Below are positions 51,912 through 63,240 of a DNA stretch of 64,000 nt, piece after piece. A model generated the notes under the pieces. The model did not search any database. It saw only the letters and a list, made by a program, of their open reading frames with translations, and was not told the origin of the DNA. Positions within the stretch are counted from its first letter, which is position 1; each line of letters begins with the position of its first letter. Origin of the DNA: Eledone cirrhosa (Eukaryota). The position numbers and the translations under genes were made by a program. Location of the stretch: NCBI GenBank assembly GCA_964016885.1, contig OZ024744.1:105648001-105712000 (forward strand). Direction: 5' to 3'.

Positions 51912-54376
51912 ATATATCTGTATCGGGGCTGACCTAGGGTTATAGAGTACAACAACAGCTACATCCAAGATATACCTGTATCGAGGCTGACCTGGGGTTA
52001 TAGAGTACAACAACAGCTACATCCAAGATATACCTGTATCGAGGCTGACCTAGGGTTATAGAATACAACAACAGTTACATTCAAGATATACCTGTATCAG
52101 GGCTGACCTGGGGTTATAGAGTACAACAACAGCTACATCCAAGATATATCTGTATCGAGGCTGACCTGGGGTTATAGAGTACAACAACAGTTACATCCAA
52201 GATATACCTGTATCAGGGCTGACCTGGGGTTATAGAGTACAACAACAGCTACATCCAAGATATACCTGTATCAGGGCTGACCTGGGGTTATAGAGTACAA
52301 CAACAGTTACATCCAAGATATACCTGTATCAGGGCTGACCTGGGGTTATAGAGTACAACAACAGTTACATCCAAGATATACCTGTATCAGGGCTGACCTA
52401 GGGTTAAAGAATACAACAACAGCTACATCCAAGATATACCTGTATCAGGGCTGACCTAGGGTTATAGAATACAACAACAGCTACATCCAAGATATACCTG
52501 TATCAGAGCTGCCCTAGGGTTATAGAATACAACAGCAGTTACATCCAAGATATACCTGTATCAGGGCTGACCTAGGGTTAAAGAATACAACAACAGCTAC
52601 ATCCAAGATATACCTGTATCAGAGCTGCCCTAGGGTTATAGAGTACAACAACAGTTACATCCAAGATATACCTGTATCAGGGCTGACCTGGGGTTATAGA
52701 GTACAACAACAATTACATCCAAGATATATCTGTATCAGGGCTGACCTGGGGTTATAGAATACAACAGCAGTTACATCCAAGATATACCTGTATCAGGGCT
52801 GACCTAGGGTTATAGAGTACAACAACAGTTACATCCAAGATATATCTGTATCAGGGCTGACCTGGGGTTATAGAGTACAACAACAATTACATCCAAGATA
52901 TATCTGTATCAGGGCTGACCTGGGGTTATAGAGTACAACAACAGTTACATCCAAGATATATCTGTATCGAGGCTGACCTGGGGTTATAGAGTACAACAAC
53001 AATTACATCCAAGATATATCTGTATCGGGGCTGACCTGGGGTTATCGAATACAACAACAGTTACATCCAAGATATACCTGTATCAGGGCTGACCTGGGGT
53101 TATAGAGTACAACAGTTACATCCAAGATATACCTGTATCAGGGCTGACCTGGGGTTATAGAATACAACAGCAGCTACATCCAAGATATACCTGTATCAGG
53201 GCTGACCTGGGGTTATAGAGTACAACAACAGCTACATCCAAGATATACCTGTATCAGAGCTGCCCTAGGGTTATAGAATACAACAGCAGTTACATCCAAG
53301 ATATACCTGTATCAGGGCTGACCTAGGGTTATAGAGTACAACAACAGTTACATCCAAGATATATCTGTATCGAGGCTGACCTGGGGTTATAGAGTACAAC
53401 AACAGCTACATCCAAGATATACCTGTATCAGGGCTGACCTAGGGTTATAGAATACAACAGCAGTTACATCCAAGATATACCTGTATCAGGGCTGACCTGG
53501 GGTTATAGAGTACAACAGCAGTTACATCCAAGATATACCTGTATCGGGGCTGACCTGGGGTTATAGAGTACAACAACAGTTACATCCAAGATATACCTGT
53601 ATCAGGGCTGACCTGGGGTTATAGAATACAACAGCAGCTACATCCAAGATATACCTGTATCGGGGCTGACCTGGGGTTATAGAGTACAACAACAGTTACA
53701 TCCAAGATATACCTGTATCAGAGCTGCCCTGGGGTTATAGAGTACAACAACAGTTACATCCAATATATATCTGTATCAGGGCTGACCTGGGGTTATAGAG
53801 TACAACAACAGTTACATCCAATATATACCTGTATCAGGGCTGCCCTAGGGTTATAGAGTACAACAGTTACATCCAAGATATATCTGTATCAGAGCTGCCC
53901 TGGGGTTATAGAGTACAACAACAGTTACATCCAAGATATACCTGTATCAGGGCTGACCTGGGGTTATAGAGTACAACAACAGTTACATCCAAGATATAGC
54001 TGTATCGGGGCTGACCTGGGGTTATAGAGTACAACAACAGTTACATCCAAGATATACCTGTATCAGGGCTGACCTGGGGTTATAGAGTACAACAACAGTT
54101 ACATCCAAGATATATCTGTATCGGGGCTGACCTGGGGTTATAGAGTACAACAACAGTTACATCCAAGATATAGCTGTATCGGGGCTGACCTGGGGTTATA
54201 GAGTACAACAGTTACATCCAAGATATATCTGTATCGGAGCTGCCCTAGGGTTATAGAGTACAACAACAGTTACATCCAAGATATACCTGTATCAGGGCTG
54301 ACCTGGGGTTATAAAGTACAACAACAGTTACATCCAAGATATATCTGTATCGGGGCTGACCTGGGGTTATAGAATA
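51912..54376. repeat. 58-bp minisatellite (GATATACCTGTATCAGGGCTGACCTGGGGTTATAGAGTACAACAACAGTTACATCCAA), about 42 units
   Basis: Directly visible. It begins at the 3' end of a dispersed repeat that starts near 51760. Confidence 0.97.
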
Positions 54377-54819
54377 CACCCAAGAAATATCCATTCATTT
54401 GATAGACAAGCTAAAGTTCATTTACACTTGATTAATACCTCATTCAACATCATCATCATCATCATTTTTACATTCAATTTTCAATGCTAGCATGGGTTGT
54501 ACGGGACTTTTTGAGGCATGTTTTACAGCCAGATGCCTTTCATGCCACCATACCTTTTAATCTCTTCTTATGCCATGCAGGTATATGGTGTACCTATTCT
54601 AAACCAGATGCACAACATGTCCCTCATATTGTCTATTACTTATTACTGACCACTAACAATGAATTCTGCTTCTCTAATATCATCCACCACTAAACCCACT
54701 AACTGTACTTAACTATCTTTCTTATGTTACCTATTCACCCCACAAAACCATGCCTCACACCATAGTGTAAATACTGAACTTGTCAGTAATAAGTGAGGTT
54801 AAAATGTTCATCAGTTTAA

Positions 54820-55013
54820 CCCTTTAGCATTTACATTATTCTATATTATCTATTGTATTTTCACTGTAAAGGTTTTACCTCACATAATTATCTCGTATAA
54901 TATCAAATCTACAATATACCTACACATAAGTATGAGCAGCCAGTTGCAGCCGGTTTGAACAGAAAGAAGTGAGAAAATTCTGGTCGGATATGGCCAGTTT
55001 AAATGTTAAAGGG
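54820..55013. mobile_element. piggyBac-type MITE, 194 bp
   Basis: TTAA-CCCTTTAGCATTTA ... TAAATGTTAAAGGG-TTAA gives a 13/14 TIR match and TTAA TSD. A related fragment lies at about 42990-43080. Confidence 0.85.
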
Positions 55014-55087
55014 TTAAAGGTTTCACTGTTTCTATGGCAGTAAATGTATTCTTCTGTCTATTTAAAAGTCAGAACTAGATAGATCTT

Positions 55088-56904
55088 CCAGGGGAATTGC
55101 CAGGGGAATTACCAAGGGAATTACCAGGGGAATTACCAAGGGAATTACCAGGGGAATTACCAGGGGAATTACCAAGGGAATTACCAAGGGAATTACCAGG
55201 GGAATTACCAAGGGAATTACCAAGGGAATTACCAGGGGAATTACCAGGGGAATTACCAAGGGAATTACCAGGGGAATTACCAGGGGAATTACCAGGGGAA
55301 TTACCAAGGGAATTACCAGGGGAATTACCAGGGGAATTACCAAGGGAATTACCAGGGGAATTACCAAGGGAATTACCAGGGGAATTACCAAGGGAATTAC
55401 CAAGGGAATTACCAGGGGAATTACCAGGGGAATTACCAAGGGAATTACCAGGGGAATTACCAGGGGAATTGCCAGGGGAATTACCAAGGGAATTACCAGG
55501 GGAATTACCAGGAGAATTGCCAGGGGAATTACCAGGGGAATTGCCAGGGGAATTACCAGGGGAATTACCAAGGGAATTACCAAGGGAATTACCAAGGGAA
55601 TTACCAGGGGAATTACCAGGGGAATTGCCAGGGGAATTACCAAGGGAATTACCAGGGGAATTACCAGGGGAATTACCAGGGGAATTACCAAGGGAATTAC
55701 CAAGGGAATTACCAGGGGAATTACCAGGGGAATTACCAAGGGAATTACCAGGGGAATTACCAAGGGAATTACCAGGGGAATTACCAGGGGAATTACCAAG
55801 GGAATTACCAGGGGAATTACCAGGGGAATTACCAGGGGAATTACCAGGGGAATTACCAGGGGAATTGCCAGGGGAATTACCAAGGGAATTACCAAGGGAA
55901 TTACCAAGGGAATTACCAGGGGAATTGCCAGGGGAATTACCAAGGGAATTACCAAGGGAATTACCAGGGGAATTACCAGGGGAATTACCAAGGGAATTAC
56001 CAGGGGAATTGCCAGGGGAATTGCCAGGGGAATTACCAGGGGAATTACCAGGGGAATTACCAAGGGAATTACCAGGGGAATTACCAGGGGAATTACCAAG
56101 GGAATTACCAGGGGAATTACCAAGGGAATTGCCAGGGGAATTGCCAGGGGAATTGCCAGGGGAATTACCAGGGGAATTACCAAGGGAATTGCCAGGGGAA
56201 TTGCCAGGGGAATTACCAAGGGAATTACCAAGGGAATTACCAGGGGAATTACCAAGGGAATTACCAGGGGAATTGCCAGGGGAATTGCCAGGGGAATTAC
56301 CAAGGGAATTACCAAGGGAATTACCAAGGGAATTACCAAGGGAATTACCAAGGGAATTACCAGGGGAATTACCAAGGGAATTACCAAGGGAATTACCAGG
56401 GGAATTACCAAGGGAATTACCAAGGGAATTACCAGGGGAATTACCAAGGGAATTACCAGGGGAATTACCAAGGGAATTACCAGGGGAATTACCAGGGGAA
56501 TTGCCAGGGGAATTACCAGGGGAATTACCAAGGGAATTACCAGGGGAATTACCAAGGGAATTACCAGGGGAATTACCAAGGGAATTACCAGGGGAATTAC
56601 CAAGGGAATTACCAGGGGAATTACCAAGGGAATTACCAGGGGAATTACCAAGGGAATTACCAGGGGAATTACCAAGGGAATTACCAAGGGAATTACCAGG
56701 GGAATTACCAAGGGAATTACCAGGGGAATTACCAAGGGAATTACCAGGGGAATTACCAAGGGAATTACCAGGGGAATTACCAGGGGAATTACCAAGGGAA
56801 TTACCAAGGGAATTACCAGGGGAATTACCAAGGGAATTACCAAGGGAATTACCAGGGGAATTACCAAGGGAATTACCAAGGGAATTACCAGGGGAATTAC
56901 CAAG
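55088..56904. repeat. 12-bp minisatellite GGGAATTACCAR, about 151 units
   Basis: Nearly invariant length. Two main variants (CCAGGGG and CCAAGGG) plus a minor TTGCC variant. Confidence 0.98.
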
Positions 56905-57196
56905 CTTATTCGGGGAAGATTTATCTCTCATCCATGTATTTACTTTACATTTTCATCAGGGCACCGGTCTCATTGGTTTACTATATATCTGATGACACCT
57001 GTGACAAGGGACCACCTGTAACTCAGTGCCAAATCTTTGAAGAGTGTCAGCTTTGTTAGAGCATCAGATAAGATGCCTTAGCCATATTTGTTCCAGCTCT
57101 TTGTATTCTCAGCTCAAATCTCTCTGTGGAATTCCTCATAGAATTATAACGTTATCACGTTATCAATTATTGTAGTCCACTGTAATTCTGCAGCAA

Positions 57197-57445
57197 TACT
57201 GTTCATACAAAGAGACATCACAATTCATTACCATGCTCTTCATACAAAGAGACATCACAATTCATTACCTTGCTGTTCATACAAAGAGACATCACAATTC
57301 ATTACCATACTGTTCATACAAAGAGACATCACAATTCATTACCATGTTGTTCATACAAAGAGACATCACAATTCATTACCATGCTGTTGATACAAAGAGA
57401 CATCACAATTCATTACCATACTGTTGATACAAAGAGACATCACAA
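57197..57445. repeat. 37-bp minisatellite (ATACTGTTCATACAAAGAGACATCACAATTCATTACC), about 6.7 units
   Basis: Directly visible. Confidence 0.93.
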
Positions 57446-57483
57446 CACACTGATCATACATCCATTTCCCTATATATATATAT

Positions 57484-58436
57484 AAATATAAATTCAGCGA
57501 GAATCGCATTTCGGCAGGTAGAAAAAGCGAAACCAAACACAAAATCAGAGTTAGTCTGGCAAGCACTCCATAGTTAAAAAAGCAGAGCTAAACATATATG
57601 TTAAAACGCCATCCAAACTGAAAAAGTGGTCAAGAAGGCATTAACCGCCTAAGCCAAAAAACATGGCCTTGCAATCAAAAGGTTGTGAGTTCAATTCTCA
57701 GACCGGGTGATGTGTTGTTTCCTTGAGCAAGACACTTTATTTCACATTGCTCCAGTTTACTCAGCTGTAGAAATGAGATTATAGGGACTGGGGTCACTAT
57801 CATTCCACTGCCAAGTTGTCGTGGAGGTGCCACGGCAAAAAAGCACCCAGCACTCACTGTAAATGAGGTTGGTGTTAGGAAGGGCATCCAGCTGTAGAAA
57901 TCAAGCCAGCATCAGTTTCCGTCCCACCCTTGCAAGCAGGGAAAAAGCGGACGTAAAATGAAATGAATGAATGAATGAAATATATATATACATATACACA
58001 TATATAACCGACCTGGACCCATTGGAATTGATGGTAAAATTCAAATGCAGGGTTTCTATGACACCTAAATCAATAATACTGTTTGCTTAAAACTATAAGC
58101 TTTTGGTATAATGATCGAACAAGGAATATCACGTTATCAACAGGTATTTTGCTCTCTACCAACTTTGTGAATGACGTAGAGCCTTGTAAAAGCACAGGCG
58201 TAACTCACAAGGGGAAAAACCACAGATTTTGGCAAATGAATTCAGTATGTGTAAATCATGCAAAAAATTGCATAAATAGCACAAATAGAATAAGCACTCA
58301 ACCGGGTAGTTTTAAAATAAACTTATGCAATTAATCTGTCAATAGAATTATTAACAGGTTAATTGTAAGACTCGGGAGATTAATACAAATATAAATTCAG
58401 CGAGAATCGCATTTCGGCGGGTAGAAAAAGCGAAAC
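57484..58436. mobile_element. Unclassified segment bounded by 50-bp direct repeats within (TA)n
   Basis: AAATATAAATTCAGCGAGAATCGCATTTCGGCRGGTAGAAAAAGCGAAAC at 57484-57533 and 58387-58436. Confidence 0.55.
57662..57978 (+). mobile_element. CORE-type tRNA SINE with RTE-type tail
   Basis: B-box GAGTTCAATTC, CORE-like CCTTGAGCAAGACACTTTA..CAGCTGTAGAAATG, and tail GCAAGCAGGGAAAAAGCGGACGTAAAATG(AATG)n. Confidence 0.85.
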
Positions 58437-58547
58437 GATATATATATATATATATATATATCAATCATCATCATCATCATAATTGTTATAGTTTTAATGT
58501 CTGTTTTTCCTGATAGTAAGGGTTGAACTGTGTAAATGATAAATGAT

Positions 58548-58737
58548 AGTTTCTACTTTTGGCACAAAGCCAGCAATTATTCCAGTACATTACTGGTACT
58601 TTATTTAATTGACTTTGTAAGGATGAAAGGCAAAGTTAACCTCGGCGGGATTTGTACTCAGACCCGTAAAGGGGCGTAACTCTATGCTGAAAAGCATGGC
58701 ATCCAACCCTCTACACATACTGTTAATCCACCACCCT
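58548..58737 (-). mobile_element. tRNA SINE (family of 27765)
   Basis: Reverse complement of the consensus, moderately diverged. Confidence 0.88.
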
Positions 58738-58890
58738 TGGTAATAATAATGAATACCAACTTTTCCAATACCTTCATTTTACTGTCCAATTTTCATTGTC
58801 TTATATATATAGCTTCTTGAGCGGTAGTGGGAGATACACACACAGTTTAAAAAAAGGTACTCAATACCTTGGTAGAATATAGCATCTTTA

Positions 58891-59015
58891 TTATATATAG
58901 AAATAACTTCTACAAAACTAGAACTGTTTCATTTGTATGAAATCATCAGGATATTCTTGATTATTTCATGTGAGTGAAACAGTTCTAACCCTGTTGAAGT
59001 CCTTTCTATATATAA
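58891..59015. repeat. Imperfect palindrome (arms about 62 bp) with hammerhead-like core remnants
   Basis: TAGAACTGTTTCA..TCATCAGGA pairs with TCTTGA..TGAAACAGTTCTA. It is preceded by GTACTCAATAC, as in the fold-back family. Confidence 0.7.
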
Positions 59016-59149
59016 TCGTTGTCATCACCGTTTGACATTCATTTTTTCCATGGTAGCATGGGTTAGACGAGTTGTCCTGTTGTGAAAAATGCCAGGTCAG
59101 GAGACCATGTCTTGCTCATACAGCTGGATGCCCTTCCTAAGGCCAACCA

Positions 59150-59499
59150 CATTGACAACATCTGGCCTCCTAGCTCGCCTGACTGCAATCCTCTCGACTT
59201 CTTTGTGTGGGGTGCAGTGGAACGAGACACCAACAGATCCAGCTGCAATACGAAAGACGATCTGAAGGCCAGGATCACAAGTGCCTTTAGAGGCCTAAGT
59301 CGGGGGACAGTGACGAAGGCCTGTAGCTGGTTCCGAGGCCGTCATCAAAGCCAATGGCGGGTTTATTGAGTGAGATCGAAAGAACAAGTCATGAAGACAA
59401 ACTGACCTAAGTTTGATAAATATATCTTAAAAAATAAAACTACTGTGTTATTTTTTCCTAGACAGTAATCTTGCGAACAAATATCGCCTGCACCTTGTA
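59150..59499 (+). pseudogene. Tc1/mariner-superfamily (probably DD37D/maT-like) transposase 3' fragment
   Basis: IWPPSSPDCNPLDFFVWGAVE...LKARITSAF...KAC. Ends CACCTTG-TA in (TA)n. Confidence 0.85.
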
Positions 59500-59524
59500 T
59501 ATATATATATATATATATATATAT

Positions 59525-59719
59525 AACGAAGGAAATGTGGTAAGGAATCAGGTGGACCATAACGCACCAAAGTACTCAATACTTAGGGTAGTAGAGTGGG
59601 TAATAGGAACGAGTAGGACCCCGACGGCTGAGCTCAAGCCGTTTCGACGGCTAATTCTAGTCCAGAATTAGCCGTCGAAACGGCTTGAGCTCAGCCATCG
59701 GGGTCCTACTCGTTCCTAT
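59525..59719 (+). mobile_element. Fold-back element after (TA)n with 56-bp palindrome arms
   Basis: Arms at 59603-59658 and 59664-59719, loop AGTCC. Collinear with 36336-36530. Confidence 0.9.
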
Positions 59720-59736
59720 AATATATTATGTATAAT

Positions 59737-59920
59737 TGTTTCTACTTTTTGGCACAAGGCCAGCAATTACCCAGTGCATTACTGGTACTTTATTTTATCG
59801 ACCCCGTAAGGATGAAAGGCGAAGTTAACCTCGGCGTGATTTGAACTCAGAAAGGCAAGGGCCGTAACTCTATGCGTCAAAGCATGGCGTCCGACCCTCT
59901 ACCGATACTGCCAATCCACC
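59737..59920 (-). mobile_element. Young tRNA SINE with 16-bp TSD
   Basis: TSD ATATATTATGTATAAT at 59721-59736 and 59921-59936. Confidence 0.9.
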
Positions 59921-60289
59921 ATATATTATGTATAATATTATTAATATAGGAATTCTTTTCGTCTGAAGCCTAAAACGTTCCAGCAGCCCATGCTACAATA
60001 CAAAGCTGTAGAAATAATCTTGTGAATGCTTGTGTGTGTATATGTGCAACTGTACATGAGCTAAGTATGTGTGTGTATCTGAGTGGTTGACAATATCTGT
60101 AGAAAGTGTTAGAAACGGTAGCCAAACATTTACTCAACAAATCTGTCAGTTTTGATGTCAACAAACAAAATTCATAAATCTGTTTTTGATAACATCATGC
60201 CAGAATTCAAATTGGGATTGACTGCTGCTGCTGCTGCTACTGCTGCTGCCGCCGCCGCCAGCAACACCACCACCACCACCACCACCACC

Positions 60290-61258
60290 ACTCGATTTAA
60301 TCGACTTTCTCCTCCCCCAAAATTGGTGGCCTTGTGCCTATATAAGAAACCATTATTATTATTATTATTCGGGGCAGTGGATTGACAGTATTGGTAGAGA
60401 GTCGGACGCCATGCTTTGACGCATAGAGTTACGGCCGTTTATGATGGGAGTTCAAATCCCGCCGAGGTTAACTTTGCCTTTCATCCTTACGTGGTCGATA
60501 AAATAAAGTACCAGTAATACACTGGGATAATTGCTGGCCTTGTGCCTAAAGTAGAAACAATTATTATTAGGGGCAGTGGATTGGTAGTAACGGTAGAGCG
60601 TCAGACCCCATGCTTTACAACATAGAGTTATGGCCCTTTGCGGTCTGAGTTCAAATCTCGCTGAGGTTAACTTTGCCTTTCATATTTACGGGGTTGATAA
60701 AATAAAATACCAGTAATGTAGTGGGGTAATTGCTGGCCTTGTGCCAACAGTAGAAACAATTATTATTTTACCAGCTTCAGTCATTAAACTATGACCATGC
60801 TGGGGCACCGCCTTTATAAAATAATAATAAAAAAATATATATATATATATTTATATCTGGTAACTATTTTATTAATCTGTTGAACTGCAAAGTTGCAGGA
60901 CATAAGCAAACATCAAACCTACACACAGACTCACACACACAAGGGTTTTATTACTTTGCCTTTCATCCTTACGGGGTCGATAAAATAAAGTACCAGTAAT
61001 GCACTGGGTAATTGCTGGCCTTGTGCCTAAATTAGAAACAATTATTATTGTTGTAAAGCGGAGGGCGCTGAAATGGCAGTATTAGTAGAGGGTTGGATGC
61101 CTTACTTTCTAGCGTAGTTACAGCCCTTTATGATCTGAGTTCAAATCCCGCCGATCTTAACTTTGCCTTTCATCCTTACGGGGTCGATAAAATAAAGTAC
61201 CAGTAATGCACTGGGTAATTGCTGGCCTTGTGCCAAAAGTAGAAACAACTATTATTGT
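60290..61258 (+). mobile_element. Head-to-tail cluster of five tRNA-SINE copies (3 full, 2 partial)
   Basis: Copies start near 60290 (tail only), 60371, 60570, 60950 (3' half) and 61063. Each ends GAAAC followed by (ATT)n. Confidence 0.9.
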
Positions 61259-61339
61259 TGTAAAGCTCTACACTGTGTAAATTTTCTTTGAAATGTTCCC
61301 TCATTTGGAACCCTTGTGGCAAATAAAAGAAATTAATTT

Positions 61340-61650
61340 ATTGAAAGGTGGGCAAGAGAGGTTAACTTGGCTCCGCGCTGGGTGTACGCCTGTAGATTGG
61401 ACAACTGGGACAGGGCACTAGCAATAACTGAAATTTTTGTGGACTTTCTCTACAAGTGACCCTCAGAGGTCTTTTCCCCTGCCCCACACCTATTGGGGAT
61501 TTGTGTTTGTTTGATTTTTAATGGTTTATATATTTTTTTAGTTTTTGTTATAACAGTTTTTAATCCATCCCACCCCACCCCCACTGTATTGTCCTGTGCT
61601 ATCCCTATTGTTTGCTTAATGTCAGCCCTTTGTGGCTAATAAACAAATCA
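61340..61650 (+). mobile_element. 5'-truncated non-LTR retrotransposon 3' end
   Basis: CCTATTGGGGATTT ... GCCCTTTGTGGCTAATAAACAAATC running into (ATC)n. A shorter copy ends near 61332. Confidence 0.6.
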
Positions 61651-61705
61651 TCACTGTCATCATCATCATCATCACCACCACCATCACCACCATCATCATC
61701 ACCAC

Positions 61706-61740
<35 letters not shown>

Positions 61741-62075
61741 CCACCACCGTCATCATCACCAGCACCATCATCACGTTCATCATCATCACCATCACCACCA
61801 TCACCACCACCATCACCACTGTCACCACCATCATCATCATCACCACCACCACCACCACCATCATCACTATCATCACCACCATCACCATCATCACCATCAT
61901 CATCACCACCACCACCACCACCATCATCACTATCATCACCACCACCACCACCATCATCACCACCACCATCATCACTATCACCATCATCACCACCACTACC
62001 ATCACCACCACCACTAACACCACCACCATCACCACCTCCATCACCACCTCCATCAATCAATCATCATCATCACCA
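61648..62075. repeat. (CAT/CAC)n compound microsatellite
   Basis: Directly visible. Confidence 0.95.
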
Positions 62076-62644
62076 TTTCTACTGTGAATTATTGTTGGTA
62101 AGTGGCATGACTTATGTGAAGCAGGGCTGTAAAGTGTATTAAGTTACAATGAGCTGCACCTTACTTTAAACTTCTGAATCATTCTTATAATATGGGAGGA
62201 GGGCTTCCTTTGGGAATTTTTATGGCAATGACTTCCGTATGTTGAATGCTGAAAATATATCAGGATGGAACTGTGTTCATTAAAGAAAACTTTTGTTAGT
62301 TCTTTTGTGTAATATTTGCACTATTTCACACCCCCACCCCCACCCTCGTGAAACATAAAAAATAGAACAACATAAATTTATAAAGAAAAATCTGTTTTCT
62401 TAGAAGCTGGAGAAATCTTTGAGTAAATTATATAAAAAAAAAAAGGGGGAAGTGGAACATGAAAATACAATTTTAGTCATAGCATAATAATTATTATTGT
62501 TTTGTTGAAGCCCAACAAATACTTTCATGGCAAAGCATGAATGTTACAACTTCCATTACATTACATTGAAAGATTTCATGAGTATTTAGTTATAAAAAAT
62601 GTTTATTGTTGTCATTTTAATTGACTCTTGCTTTTAATTTTATA

Positions 62645-63120
62645 TATGGATTAACCCTCTTCCCTTTCGAGGGAGGTAAATCCCTAATTTGGGATGTGAC
62701 GTACTGTAACTCTTTCTCTGCCGCCAACCTGGTCACTTTGGCCACAAACCCAGGCCCCGCTGCCTGCAATGCAGAGGAGGAGAAGATAGTTAAATACCGG
62801 GGCCCTGACCAAACGCCACCTCTTTGTGCTGGTCTATGCTGTGCTGAGACCCCAGATATCCTTGGTCCCTGCACTGCTGATTTTCTCAGTATCCAGTCCA
62901 GTTAAGGAGGGAGCCTCATGAAGTGGAGTTGCTATTGCAGTAGGTTTCAATTTGTGTGTGGTGCATGGTTGAGGCTCTGCCCAGGCTGGAGTGTTATGCT
63001 CCCACTATCTCTCTTTCTTTCAATGCTTAATTCTTTTGTCTTTTTCTTCTTTTCATTTCCCTTTTGTTTCTGTTCCTTTTTAATAAACAGCTCCGTATGT
63101 CCCGAGGGTTTACAATAAAT
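62645..63120 (+). mobile_element. 3' end of a CRE-like (restriction-like endonuclease) non-LTR retrotransposon
   Basis: GLTLFPFEGGKSLIWDVTYCNSF...GPAACNAEEEKIVKY resembles the CRE-clade (PD)GLTLxPWxxGKxLxWDxT..AAxxAExxKxxKY motif. AATAAA at the end. Confidence 0.7.
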
Positions 63121-63240
63121 ACACGTGTGCCCTTCTCACATCTGATTCCAACCTGCCCAAAACTACCTTTGCTTATTATACAAAACAAAATCAGAAAATT
63201 TTAAGGGTTTCTTTTTAATTAAACCTTCCAATATAAGATA

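Noticed and set aside
55062-56992. Three ORFs over 600 aa (VIPL, GNSP/GNSL and PGEL/PREL repeats)
   Set aside because: A stop-free 12-bp unit is automatically open in several frames on both strands. There is no unique coding flank or splice context.
61605-62142. Gly/Asp- and Pro/Ser-rich ORFs
   Set aside because: They come from a (CAT/CAC)n compound microsatellite.
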